A stretch of DNA of 64,000 nucleotides. Origin: Lama glama. Taxonomy: Eukaryota. Positions 26,531 to 39,365 of the stretch are shown here, in pieces. The position numbers and the translations under genes were made by a program. Each line of letters opens with the position of its first letter. Position 1 is the stretch's first letter. Where the stretch lies: NCBI GenBank assembly GCA_028534125.1, contig CM052816.1, positions 1,612,001 to 1,676,000 of the forward strand, read 5' to 3'. The notes under the pieces were generated by a model, which saw nothing but the letters and a program-made list of their open reading frames with translations, was not told where the DNA came from and ran no database searches.

Positions 26531-26989
26531 CATGATCTTGACTTCAAAGCTGAACACCTTGTTCCTCTCAAGACTTTTCTACTGTAAAATTCAGAGGTAG
26601 AGCCACACTATCAATAAATTTGTATTTAAAAAAAATACTTTTTTTCTTTTATTGCCTCCATCATACACACACCCTTCTGAGGAAGATGGGATCTGATCAT
26701 ATGAGATCCATTTATTAGCTGAGGCCAGTAGTGGATTTGATGTGAACATTTTAGAGCAATAACAGTGAATGCCATGGTGGAATTGCTCTTCCTGGTAAAA
26801 AGACTGGGGGTTTAGAAGCCAGGGAATGATCTGGAAGGAAACAGAAGCCAGGGAGACCGAGTACTGTGAATAAGAAATGGAAAGAAAGAGGATCCCTTCC
26901 ACTTCTCTGATTTCCCCTTGTTCCCCAGACCCCACGGAAGAACACAGACGAAAGGACCTCAGAGATGAAGAATATCTAAGTAGAAGTGA

Positions 26990-27370
26990 CGATCACTGCT
27001 GTGGTCCACCAAACATCTCTGGCTCTCCTCCCAGCCACGTGCAGTGTTACATTTCCCTGCTGCCTTTAAAGTTAGGTGTGACATGTGACTGACTTCAGCC
27101 AACGGAATGTGAACAGACATGAGGAGAAGAGACACCAGTAACTTGGGGGCATTGTTCTCTTCCCCTTGCTGGAGTGATCATGGAAGCACACATCGAGTTG
27201 GAGTCTCTATCAGACTATTTCCCGGAGTAAGCACATGGAGCAGAATCTTCCTGTTGACCCATGTTGGGCATTTAATGTGAGTGAGAAATAAACAGTGGCT
27301 GTGCAAAGACCTGAGATGCGGGGATGGTTTGTTACTGCAACATCACCTAAACATTGCTGCCTGGTGTGGA
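26990..27370 (+). mobile_element. MLT1 (MLT1I/J-like) LTR
   Basis: gttaggtgtgacatgtgactgacttcagccaacggaatgtga; gagaaataaac...gtttgttactgcaacatcacct. Confidence 0.75.
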
Positions 27371-28419
27371 ATATGTCACGCTTCTTACTGTGATAAACTC
27401 TCATCTCTCCTGGGAGGCCCTCGGTTAATCCAACATTGTTCACTGATCCTTTGTTGTGAGGGGGATTCCTTTGGGGAAGCCCTAGAAAGATGAAGGGACT
27501 GTTTCTGTCTGGGTTTCTACTCATCTACTTTTGCCTGTAATTTCAGTTTGATACCTTTTCTTTTCTACCTACTGTAACTTAGTGTAACTAGTGTAACTTA
27601 CCCAGTGTAATGTATTGAACATTTTGTTCAATAGGCTCTCTAAATATCTGAGACCCTGAGGGATATTGTATTACTTCTGAAGAAAAACTGCCATTGAATC
27701 TAAAATGTTTTGTAGAAAAGAGAAAAAAAAAAGCTGAACAAGAAAATCCAACAATTTACCATAAATACCAAAGAGAATTACTTAAAGGAGATTTACTATC
27801 ATGTTTGAAGGACTTCAGTTCCACAATTTACAGAATTATTTCCTAATTTCCTTTCAATTAACATATCGACTATTTCCCCCTTGCTCGTTTAATAATACCA
27901 TTTTACATAAGTTCCTTCACATTTATCATTCTATTTGCTCTTGTAGATAATTCCTTTTTGAGGTCACTTGGTTTGACCATATGACAACTTTGTTGCATGT
28001 GACAACACTTGTTGCAGCAAAGTGGTGGAGAAAGGACTAAAAACTAAATCTCCTGCCTCAGAAAATTAATAGAAAAAACAAGAAGAGCAAGATTACCGTT
28101 TTTTAAAATTACCCGACATTTGGGAAAAGACTGGAAAGGAAAGTGAAAAATGAAATGAGTTGTGTAAAAGGGCTGTGATTATGGGTAAGTGCTTATAGTT
28201 CAAAACATTTTCTTTAATGTTTTTATAATGGTAGTTTAAATATATGTGAATAAAAATTGGAAAAAGGAAATAGTAAACTTGCTTAACTTGAATGTAAAGT
28301 GGTCTTGTCTTCTGTGTTCCTGACAGAGAGGGAACCAATTTCCACTCAAATATTTCTGGAGTTCAAGATACAGCCCCTGGTTAATTTTATACTGATAAAT
28401 CTGTCAATTTTGAAAAAAA

Positions 28420-28650
28420 ATGAGTAACTAATATTTACCAATCACCTACTGTGAACTAGGCACTGGCCTAGGTGCTTTACGTGGAATATTTTATTTTGTC
28501 TTCTGCAAAAATCTGATGAGTTAGACACTGAGGCTCAGCGAGGCTAAGTAACTTGCTCACAACCACATGGCTAGAAGACTGTAAAACTGGGACTGCAACC
28601 CAGCCAGCTTGACAACCAGGGTTCATGTTCATAATCATGGTGCTGTGTAG
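28420..28650 (-). mobile_element. MIR SINE
   Basis: actgaggctcagcgaggctaagtaacttgctcacaaccacatggctag. Confidence 0.85.
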
Positions 28651-29204
28651 TCTCCAAGCTATTCTATTTGTCATTGCTGGGGAAGTGTGAAGACATAAAG
28701 TTCACAACATTTCCTCGGAATATAGATTTGTCCTTTCCTCCTTATGTCTACTTATATTACTCCTTTCTCACATCTGTTCAATTTTTTTTATGCTCAGGAT
28801 GAAAAGTAAGTGTCATCTCTAATGCCACCTCCTATCGATTAGCAGTGTCTGTCTGGAGTGTGGTATTGACAAGGATTCTAAGGCTAAGAGAAAAATTGCC
28901 ATGATTGATTTGCAATGTCTGCAGTGGGCACAGGAGGGGGATGTGCTGGGCAAGTGCAAGCAATTTGCCTGCCAGCATCTGAAGGTGGTGAAAGGAAGCC
29001 TTTGGATGGTGGGCTCAGGACCACTGCTTCTGATGCCCCATAAGTCATTCAAGGGCAATAAAACTGATTTTGACTCCAAGCCACTTTAAAGTGCATAAGG
29101 AAAACCATGATTTCCAGGTGAAGTGACAGGAGCCTGGCCCAGAGCAGGACTTCAGTGCTCTTGCCTCTGACTAGTGGCAGAATACTGCTCTTTTTCTCTC
29201 TTGT

Positions 29205-29470
29205 GTTCACCCATTTAGTTGGCAAATATCGAGGGTATACCACATGCCAAATATTATTCTACCTACTAAGGAAAGAGCAGAGAACAAGATGGACACAATC
29301 TCTGCTCTCCTGAAGCTTACGTTCTAGTGGGAAGAAAGGCAATAAGCTGGTAAAGAAGCAAACAATTTCATATACTATTTCAGTCTTCAGTGCTGCGAAA
29401 AAGTCAGGCATATAAGGGGATGTAGTAATGGGGCTGGGATGGAGGGTGAGAAGTGAAGACTTAGATGGGG
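29205..29470 (-). mobile_element. LINE-2 3' fragment
   Basis: ctgctctcctgaagcttacgttctagtggg. Confidence 0.65.
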
Positions 29471-29799
29471 CATAGGTTTGGGGAGGGCCTGGCTGTGCAG
29501 ATGTCAGCTTCACAATGGCACTGATACATCTGCACCCTCAGGCACTCAGCTGCAATAAATTGTATGTCAACATGCACAGCTTAGTACAAGAGATGCCTTG
29601 GTTCCCAAATCCTCTCCCTTGTGCTGTGTGGTCTTTGAATCACCTGCCCTAGCCATACTCCTCACGTCATTTAGAAAATTTTATTTTCTATGTGGATTTG
29701 TGCGTGTATGTATGTATTTTTCACATTTCTGCAATCTTTTAATGTATATGTTTTATTATTATTGTCTTTGCCTGTGCTGTTTCCCCCAACCTGGAGTAT

Positions 29800-30090
29800 G
29801 TGCCCTCTTCTCTATCTCATGAACATGACTCATCTTCAAGACCCAGGTTGACTTATCCCAAATCCACCCAAGAGGAGTTAGGTATCTCTTCCTGAGGTCT
29901 CCATGAGCCTCTGGACATTGTTTTTTGGGCATTCCAGTGACAGCCTCTGAGACCACCAGCCTTCTGACTCCAAGGCTTCTAATCAATTCTAGCTTCACCT
30001 ACTCCAGGAACCAGTGTTGTAGGGCCATGTTGAAGATTCCTTTGTAGCCCCAGTGCCTAATCCGAAGCTGATACATGGTAGGAACTCGGG
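29800..30090 (+). mobile_element. LINE-2 3' fragment
   Basis: tttgtagccccagtgcctaatccgaagctgatacatggtagg. Confidence 0.55.
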
Positions 30091-30119
30091 AGCTACAATG
30101 TGGAGGAGAGGATGGCTGG

Positions 30120-30330
30120 ATTGACGGGTCTGGGTCTGACACATGCTCTCTGCTTGACTTTATTCCACCGGCCACTTAAGCTCTCTGAGCTGGCCTTCTC
30201 ATCAATTTGAGGTAAAGATAAAAGCCCATTTTAAAGGATGGTCTTGAGGACTAAATGAGATGTTTCATGTACAACACTTTGTACAATACTTAGCATAAAG
30301 TTAGCCCTCACTAAATGATAGCAATTAGCA
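30120..30330 (+). mobile_element. MIR SINE
   Basis: gaggactaaatgagatgtttcatgtacaacactttgtacaatacttagcata. Confidence 0.65.
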
Positions 30331-31369
30331 GTAAGTCCAAAATTGAGTAATTGGTAGTTGTGAGAGCAGTAGCGTAGCTGATGGACACAATGAAAGTGGA
30401 TGAATGGAGGGGTGAGTGGACGCTTTTGCTTTTGTGATTATACTTGACTCGGAACAACTGCCCTGTCCTGAAATCCTCTGGCTTCACGTTCTCCTTGGCT
30501 GCAGACTATCTAGTACCCCTTCTGTCTCTAGTCTTTGCCTTCAGTACCTTTTTTAGGGGCTTAAAGCCTATCTTCTTAGTCCACCATTGCTCATGGCTTG
30601 GGGTCACATCCAGAGGTTTATCAAATAGGAGACAAACATCTGCTTTCTACATAGTTGCACGGTTTTACTCCTTCATTCACCTTCTCTTTTTCTCATCTTC
30701 ACATCAATAACTCATCATTTACGTGGCATTTAATGCTTCATAAACGTTATGAGCCTTTATACAGCACTAATTGGGAAGGATATGGTGAAAAGAGTTTATC
30801 CGGTATTTTAAATCTAGCATCTCAACGTTATCCTTGTGTTTCCCCCACTGGTGAACTGCATCTTTAGGTCCAGCACCTGGGGCTTTGCCAAGCAAATTGC
30901 TGTTGATGTATGGAGTTAAAAAGGCAGGAATGAGAGGTTTCTTACTGTGCTAACTGGTAACTCTGCATGCTTTAGAATAAATCACGCCTGGAACTGCTGA
31001 GCTATCCCAGCTTCTGCCTGCTGATCTGTGAAGAGGCTTGGACATTTTCCTGAGGGTGTCTTATTCCCAGCCTGCTGACTGCAGAGCTCTCCTGGCTCGT
31101 GGGCAGAAGGATGGGTAGCAGCAAGATGGCCTCTGCCTCCAACGTCTCTGACACGGTCTCCTTCCTGGCTGGGAGGCCAAGGTGTAGCAGGGGCTGGTGT
31201 CAGGTGTTGGGCTGGTCACCAGAGCCCGGAGCTTTGAGACACAGGCCAAGGAATACAGGCCGGAGTCAAACCTGAGCCCACAGCCCTTGGTCTCCTTCCT
31301 GGTTCCAGAGCAGAAGGTTAAATCAGGAAAGAGGTCAAGCACTAGGAGGCACAAAGAAGTCAGCAGAAA

Positions 31370-31715
31370 GACATACTCCTGCACACAGGCACATTTTGCC
31401 ACCATTAAGATTATTGTTTCAAAAATATATAACGTGGGGTAATGCACGTGATGAGGTATTAAGAGAAAAAGGAAAGATAAAAAACATATACACAACCTTT
31501 TATGTGTGTGTGTGTATATATATATATATAATGTATATGTTAATGATTAGAAAAAAAGACTGGAAGAAAACAAAAATGATAATGATCTTGAATTGGTTAT
31601 GTCACACACAAATTTTATGACATCTTTATTTAAGATATCTTCATGATATCTTTTTGTATCCTCTAAATTTTTACCATGTTCTAATTTTTTTTTTAAGTTC
31701 TTATTGTTTAAAGCA
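31370..31715 (+). mobile_element. L1ME-like 3' fragment
   Basis: gaaaaaaagactggaagaaaacaaaaatgataatg; AT-rich L1ME 3' UTR character. Confidence 0.5.
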
Positions 31716-31774
31716 AGCAATATTCTCTATCTCAGGACAAGAGACAGGCAGAATGAGGAACGATGGGAGGCAGA

Positions 31775-32620
31775 GTATTTCAGGCAAGCTGCAAGGGATA
31801 GAAACTTAATGCAAACTGGCTTAAGTTAAAGAAGAAAAGGTATTGGGTTACCACTAGGAATCCAGGAGCCCTGGGTTCACGATCCAAGGACTTAAGCAAT
31901 GTCCTAGGGGCCCTTGAGTCTTCCCTCCACCTTCTTCCTCCTCCTCCTCCTCCCCCTTTTCCTCCTCTTCAGTTAATGCTGCTAAAGGCAGCAGAGTAAA
32001 ATGGTTGAGAGCACAGGAACAAATTTTTTAACCTGGAGTTATTTAATCCCTAAATGTCATAGTTTTCTCACCTGACAGCAATGATAATTATAATAATGAT
32101 AATAATAATCATAAGAATAAGGTCTATGAAGATTAAATGAGTTAATACACGTAAAGCACTTAGAACAGTTCTTGATCTATTGGGGATACTCAGTAAATGT
32201 CACCACCACCACCACCACCACCAGCATCACTCTGATGGACAAGTGCCTATATTCTTCCCAGGTGTTTGAAGGGCCATGTGCCCATCTACCTACTGGTTAA
32301 CTACATTTTGCAGATAAGATCATATCAGTGGCAAAATGGCTACCAGCAACCATTTCCCTACACCCTTCAAGCTTAGCATCCTCAAAGGAAAGAGGATTTG
32401 TCTAAATTATCAATCTCAGGAGACTCTAAATGGCCCGGCCTGGTTCCATGCCCAGACATGAGCCAGTCACTGTGGCCCAGGAGGTTGGGGAAATGTAGAT
32501 TGGCCAGTCTGGGTCACAGGTATGTCCTATGGTGGGACTGAGACACTGTAACTTACAGCCTCACCAGGACCTCAGAGAATGAAAGAAGAGTCCCCTGGAG
32601 GAAAGAAAAAGACTGGGAAT
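31775..32620 (-). mobile_element. MLT1K-like LTR in two pieces, interrupted by a MIR (about 31985-32200) and a 68-bp insert
   Basis: gctgcaagggatagaaac...ctggcttaag; gtggcaaaatggctaccagc...ccagtcactgtggcccagg...gattggccagtctgggtcac. Confidence 0.7.
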
Positions 32621-32916
32621 AGGCAATTAAAAAATTATTGCTATCAGAGAGGGACTTTCAAATTGAGCCCCCTAAACCTCTTGCTGTTCAATCACAGAAA
32701 CCAGTGACTGAATCATTAGGGTATGTCCTCAACTTCCACAGGCCTATAGCTTATAGCAGAGGAGAGGACTCTATCCCAGATGGATTGTAAAATGCAGGCT
32801 AGGGTGAAATGGATGAATACGGGAAATACTACCCATTCCATTCTATGCCCAGTAGGTAGATGGGCACATGGCCCCTTAAACACCTGGAAAGAATACAGGC
32901 CCTTGTCCATCAGAGT
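32229..32916. repeat. 68-bp inverted repeat pair (32229-32296 / 32849-32916), 63/68 identical
   Basis: Direct alignment of left arm with reverse complement of right arm: 5 mismatches, no gaps. Confidence 0.95.
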
Positions 32917-32919
32917 TAA

Positions 32920-33190
32920 AGTGTTGCAGCTTGGAGAGGGGGAGACCAGTTAGGAAGCCACTGCAGTCATCCAGACAAGAGATTTTGGTGTTCTGAACCA
33001 AAGGAAGTTGACAGATATGAGAAGACAGGGAGTAAGCTCAATAGGACTTAGGAGTCAGTAATGAGGAGACAGAGGAGTCCAGATGGTGTCCATGATTTCC
33101 CTTCTGGTTGAGCAGGTCAATGAACATCATTTAATGAGATGGAAATACATGGGGAAGAATAGGTTGAGGACAGTGGGTGATGGAGGAGAG
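32920..33190 (-). mobile_element. LINE-2 fragment
   Basis: ggagaccagttaggaagccactgcagtcatccagacaagaga. Confidence 0.75.
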
Positions 33191-34539
33191 AAGACGACAC
33201 CAAGGCCATTCACCACCATGTGGTATGACTGTCCTTTTCCCAGCAGACCCTGATGGCCGCACCACTCACAAAACGTTAAGTGAACGCTGGTAATTCCTAC
33301 GTCTTGACATGGAAGACTGAAGACAACTGTTCTGCAAGCACAACACACTTGCTCTGGCTTTAAGGCCACCAGGCATTTTTAAGGTTTATTTGCATGCTGG
33401 TGCATAACAAAGGCCCCCGGCTCACACTGCATTTGCAACATTTCCAAACTCAGAAGAAAATCTGCAGTGTTTCAGTGATCAACATGATCAGCTCAAACAA
33501 CCAATTTGTCACGAAGTAATCTGTGTAAATTACCATAGCGAGAATATTTTCTATCATCTGCATGGTTTCATAGAAAGCATTTTCTGCTGCTATTTAATCC
33601 CTTGGGCTTCAGAGAATTGTTTTACAGTGATCTAATACAGCAGAAGCCAGCCTTATTTATAGGACTTGTAAAGAAATGATTCTGCCTTCTCTCTCCTTGG
33701 CCCTGAGGCAAAAATAATGGGTGAATAGAGCAAGTCTGGAGACTCTTGAGAAGACTGAAGGACAAGGGAGTCAACATGTAAGAAATCATTCACATTCTGA
33801 AAGTCGTTCAAGATTTATGTGCTAATTTTAAAGAAGGGCATTAAAAAAGAAAGGCACAAAAACATTCTCTACGTTAGTGGGTCTTAACTCTCATGGGTCT
33901 CAGGCAACTTTGAGAATCTTATAAAACTGTGTACCCAATGCTCAGAAGAATCGACATGCATGTACACACATGTCATATACAATATAACAAGGACTTGTGG
34001 AATGCCTTAATCCCATTGGTGGACTCCAGGTTAAGGACATCTACTACTATCCATGAATTTTCATGGCCTCTCATCTGCAGTGTTAATTTTCAGTATGAAG
34101 ATGGTGAAAAGTAGGTTGTGTGTGCATGATACACACTTTTTGATTGTCCAAAGATTAATATGTAGCAGACTAAATTACCAGAGCACAACTAGGAACCCAG
34201 AAGGAAGTAAGATACAAGACTACAGGAAGACCATGCACTAAATCTGTTAACTCTTGTTTTCACAAAATTCTAATAAGCTCAGCTATCTGCTCTATTAGCC
34301 ACAAGCAAATCAGAAGATGGAAGACGGGCTGCTACAGACAGACACACTGATTACCTCAAGAACTCAGCTGATAAGAACCTGACAGCAAGGAAAGAGGAAA
34401 GAAAAATTCTCAATGCGTTACTAACAGCCTACTTTAAGTCCAGCTTTGCTATGGATAGAAAGATGAATAGTTTTAGTTCAGTGTAGGAACTGGGGATGGG
34501 TGAGAAAGAAAGAATCAATGCAACATGATAAATATTTCA

Positions 34540-35135
34540 GCAAATATATGTACAAATTGCTACTCTGGGAACAAAAGAGAAAATGCCAGGCTCTGCCTTT
34601 GGAGCCTAGGAAGACTTAAAAGTGAAGGGAATATCACAGTTGGATCTGCAAGAACGAGTAAGAGCTGATCAGGTAGTTACAGGAATGAATGAATTTCAGA
34701 TCAAGACACAGAGTTGTGCTTGGACAGATGTGCATGAGCAGGTGTGGACAGGCAGGTGAAGAGGGGCAGAGGTGGCTGAGCAGATGTGAGGGGCAGGTGC
34801 GCACAGGCAGGTATAGATGGTAACTGTGATGGGCAGGAGTGAATTGGTGTCAGGAATGGAGAAAGACTTGCTGACAAAGGAGATCAGTGTCATTCTGTAG
34901 CAGTCACTGAACACTATGCCAAGGCGTTTGGACTTTCCCCAGTAGGCAATGAGGAGCCGATGGAGGGTTTTCTCACAGGGTAGGATCTGGAATCAGATTT
35001 ATGGACGATAACTCCAGCAGCAATTAGGAGAATGAACTAGAGCTGGTGTTGACTGGACTGGCAAAAACAAGCAGTTAGGAAATTATTACGATAGCCTGAT
35101 TGCAAGATGATGAGGACCTGAACAAAGGCAGTGTT
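34540..35135 (-). mobile_element. LINE-2 fragment containing a minisatellite
   Basis: gccaaggcgtttggactttccccagtaggcaatgaggagccgatggagggttt. Confidence 0.7.
34725..34821. repeat. Degenerate 14-bp minisatellite (7 units), each starting CAGRTG-like
   Basis: Unit starts at 34725, 34739, 34753, 34767, 34781, 34794, 34808. Confidence 0.8.
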
Positions 35136-35434
35136 GGCAAAGATAGAAGCATGTGTGCACATGGGTGTGCATATGCACAACAGGAAGACAGAAGGAATGA
35201 GGACGAGACGTATTATGTGTGTGAGTGCTGGATACATGTGTGTTGGTGAAAATATGTTTATGAACTAAGATCTTCAGGCCTTGGTAAGGGAAGAGGAAGG
35301 AACTCAGTAATTCCATTGTATGTATGTGCACAATATTTATACCTTAACCTCACAGATTCAGATCCTTGTCAGTTTAGAATACGGTTATTTGGGTGGCACA
35401 ATCTCAAGTATGCCTTTGAAATATCCATGAAGAC

Positions 35435-35622
35435 GTGGTTACCAAATGCCAAACCATGGGCTTTGCATATCAGAATCTCCTGGGGTCTTCATTAAAAACA
35501 GATTCCTGAGAACTTACCACTGACCCACTAAATCACTCTGGGTGGAGGCCCAGGGGCTTCATGTTTTTAACCAGCTGGCCAGATGATTCTGCTGGGAAGC
35601 TGTGACAGGGAACGACCACTTT
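35435..35622. mobile_element. MER5-like DNA transposon
   Basis: atcagaatctcctggggtcttcattaaaaacagattcctg...ttttaaccagctggccagatgattctg. Confidence 0.75.
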
Positions 35623-35959
35623 AAATGACTATAAGTCAGCATAAAGAAGAGCAAATCACCCATGCTCTGTTCAAGAACGCATATGCTACCAATATTTTCA
35701 TTATATAAACAGACACGAGGCCCTCCATTTGATACCACTTTGTGTGAGTGGAGAGGGGGGTCATCTCAGAGTAATTGCATAAACTTTGGAATAATTCATT
35801 GCATTTCTTTCAGCATATTCCTTAATTAAGTCTCTTCAGTAATTTACCCTGAGCCTAATGCTTTGATAAATATCAGTGAGTAACAGGCCAAGCTGAAGCT
35901 AAGCAGGCTGCAGAAAATCACCAGCCACAGGTCCTATTTCTTTTTCTCTTTACCTCCCA

Positions 35960-37200
35960 CCCTAGGTGAGCTCATCCAGTCCTGTTGCTTAAATAACGTC
36001 TATGTGCCAATGACTCACACATTTTAATTTTCATCCTGAGCCTCTCATCTGCACTTTAGGGTCATATATCCAACTGTCTCCTTGTCATCTGTAGTTGGTG
36101 TCTCATATGAATCTCAATTTTAAGAAAGCTGGAAAGTACTAAACTCTTAAATCATTCCACCTAATCTTTTCCTCCACAACCCCAGTTTCTCAACCTCAGC
36201 AAGTGGTACCACCATTCACCCAGTCACTCCAGCCAGAATCCTCGGGGAGATCAGTCTTGATCCCTCCCTCTTCCTAACCACCTCCTTCCATATTTAATTT
36301 ATTTCTAAATCTTGGCAATTTTACCCCCCACATATATTCCACATCTGCCCATGACTATTCACCTCTACTGCTATGACCTTGATTCAACTCACTACCATCT
36401 TTTGCTTTACCTGATAGGAGCTGGGACTGTTTCTTCTCCAAGCCACTGATCACTGGGGCTAGAGGGTTCTTTGGAAATTACAGCACCTCACGCCCCTGCT
36501 TATAACCCCAGTGGTGTTCCACTGCACCCAGAGTCATATCCAAATCCCTTCCCAGGGTTTCCTTTCTCTTCTGTCTCATCCAGGCCCTGTGTCTTTCCGC
36601 CACTACCATCCAATCAAACAGGCACTTCCTCCAGGTCCTTGAACACACTCAACTCCTTCCCACTGCAGGGCCATCACTCCTGTTCCTCCCAGCGTTTGCA
36701 GCTCCTCACCAGCCTAAATTCTTCTCCTCTAGTCTCAGCTACGTCTCTTTTCCAAGAAGTTTGCCCTGCTCATCTAAGCTAAGATTCAGCACAAATTTTC
36801 TGTTAAGGAGCCATAGCAAATATCTTAGGCTCCTTGGGCCATGAGATCTCTGTCAGGACTACTCAATGCTACTTTTGTAGCCAAAGCATCCACAGACAGT
36901 ATGCAAAGGATATGTGTGACTGTGTTCCAGTAAAACTTTATTTACAAAAACAGGCAACAGGCAGATTGGCCCTCTCCACCGTGGTTTGCTAACTCCTGAC
37001 CTAAACCAAAGTGTGACTCCTCTGTCACTCTTTCTCAGAGCTGCTCTTAAGTTCTAAACATGTGCCCACTCTCTGTTTCTCTCACTAGTCTGTTAGCTTC
37101 ATGACTGCAGAGAGCTCAGACTCTTAGGCATCCCCCATTAAATAAACAGTTCCTGGTAGAGTGCTTGCTGCAGTGAGGCCTTGGCTGACGCTGGTTGGAT
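35960..37200 (+). mobile_element. LINE-2 (long fragment) interrupted by MER58
   Basis: ctaggtgagctcatccagtcc...tatgtgccaatgactcac; ctcactagtctgttagcttcatgactgcag near the 3' end. Confidence 0.8.
36786..37000. mobile_element. MER58A-like DNA transposon
   Basis: gactgtgttccagtaaaactttatttacaaaaacaggcaacagggcagattggcc. Confidence 0.85.
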
Positions 37201-39129
37201 AAAGGAGGAAAAGCAGAGATGAGGAAGGAAGGAAGAACTTCACTTTGGAGCCCAGGCACTTTTTGTAAAAAGGCAGCAGCCACAGCTGACCCATACGTGG
37301 TAACTCCTCTTTCTCATCAGCGTTCCAGGATGAATCACTTACTCATTTATTGCTTTGTTCATTCCTTCAGCAATACAGTGTTTATTAACATCCAAATCGA
37401 CAAACTGAGCGCTCCTCTCATATCTCTGCTCCTAGAAGCCTTCTTTCTGGTTTTTCTGCTGGGAGGCCAGTGCAAGATTCCAGTTTTGTGAAGTGAAATT
37501 GAGAGGCAGGAAGCAATTAGTTAAAAAGAAAAAAAAGGCCAGCAGAGACACCTCTCAGCCGGCAGGGAGTTCTGCCCTCTTTGCCCTGACTCATTACCCT
37601 AGACAGCCCTCAACGTCACTCTTCACCATTTCTCCTCTTTGACGTGAAAAATGAATAATTGGGTACCCTGAGAGATTAGCGCCAACCCCGCTTTGAAAGA
37701 GGCATCTCCAGTCGGTTGCATCTCCCACAACTCCCTCCCTGCCCGCAGTCCACACGCCCTTCCCCATCTTCCGCATCCTCCTCCAGACTGACTGGAACAC
37801 CAGCGAGGAAGGGGAGAGCTGGGCAGTCATTAAAGATCATCAACTGAAGAGCTCTTCGCCAGGCGGGATCATGTGTAATAGACAGCAAGAGTGTTCCTAC
37901 TGGCTCCCGTTGAGTTTCATCAAAACTGTGCCTAATTAAAATCTTCAACTTAATTATGCTCTTCTGCATGACAATTTTGATCAAATTGATTTAATTTGGT
38001 GCAAGGAGAGATGTCCCTTCACATGCAAAATGAACCCATCCTGAGGCTAGGCTCTGTGTCCAGAAGCTCCCTGGGACCCTCTCGTATAATCTGGATTGCC
38101 CCCACCCCTCTCCCACCCTGGGACCTGGTGAATCGTCTGCAGCTCAGGGAAGCTGGCACATCTGCACGAGCTGTCCTGAAGCAACACTGATGCTGACAGC
38201 TGTCTTCCCCCACCCGCCTCCCCCCTCCCAGCCTCCCTTTCCTCCTCTACTTTTGAAACAAGTCCATCTCAGGAAAAATCGCACCCAATCTGTCAGTGAA
38301 ATATGCTGTGAGATGGAAGTTCTGGCAATCTGCTTCCATTCCAGAGAGAAATCTCAGCTTGTTAGTGGCCCTACAGAGAACTTTATAGAGAGTCCTTGGT
38401 TCACAGAGCCCCACAGCGAACAGTGCCCTGACCACCCAGCCCAAGGCATTCCTCTCTTCTTCCACACATGGTCAACAGCACTGCCAAGACTCGGCTTCCC
38501 AATCCTTCTTTCTCCCTTCCAGAGTCCTTCACTCCATCCCATAAGGCCCTAAGACCTGAAACCACCCAGGCAAACCCTCCACCATATACCTACTCAGCAA
38601 CCAGACTCTTCCTGGTGGTCTCGTCCTCATCAAAACTTCCCTGTCTGGGGTCCCCTTCAATCCCTAGGTCTCCTCCTGTTAAATGGCTAGCTAATCTGAT
38701 GATCAAATTTCCACCAAAACAACAGCAACAACAACAAATTAAAAAAACAAAACAAACAAAAAACACTCCTTACTGCTTAAGCTGAAGTGTGAGCTCCCTT
38801 CCATGTGAGCGTGCCCAGGATAATTTGTCCTATGTGAAGCCACAGGCCAAATGCTCCCTGTCATCCTGCAGAGTCCGTTTTACTCAGAAATAACCTTAAG
38901 TCTTATTTGTATATTGCAGAGTAAACTGGAAAATTCACATGCTGTTTTAAGACAGAAGAGGAGACTTGAAAGGTAAGCCCGCTGGGGGCTGCATCCCCAT
39001 GCCCCTGGAGTCTCAGTCAGTTTGCTCCATCCTAGACAAAGAAGTCCACGTAGCCCAGCGAATGAACATGTGCCCCTTCACTGGGACTTCTGACACCAGA
39101 AGACTTTCATCTAAAGTGTGGCCATCCTC

Positions 39130-39365
39130 CCCGGAAAGGATGCCTAAATCCACTTCTGCCTCGTCCTCTCCCTGCAAGTCCATTCCCAAACTGTCAACTG
39201 CTTGATTGGACATTTTCACTTGCATGGCTTACCATGGCCTTGAAATTAACTTGTCTACAACTCTAAACCTACCACTTCCCACCAGTACCATCAACCCTGC
39301 TCTCCCTTGCCATTCCCCAGCTTCTCCTAATGGTGCCCCAATTTTCTCGGGCACTGGGTTGGAAA
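39130..39365 (+). mobile_element. LINE-2 fragment
   Basis: tcaactgcttgattggacattttcacttgcatggcttacc. Confidence 0.6.

Noticed and set aside
31061..31495. 144-aa minus-strand ORF
   Set aside because: Starts within L1ME-like sequence; no recognisable homology
32229..32916. Inverted repeat interpreted as TIRs of a novel MITE
   Set aside because: No flanking TSD, and the spacer is collinear continuation of an older MLT1K-like LTR
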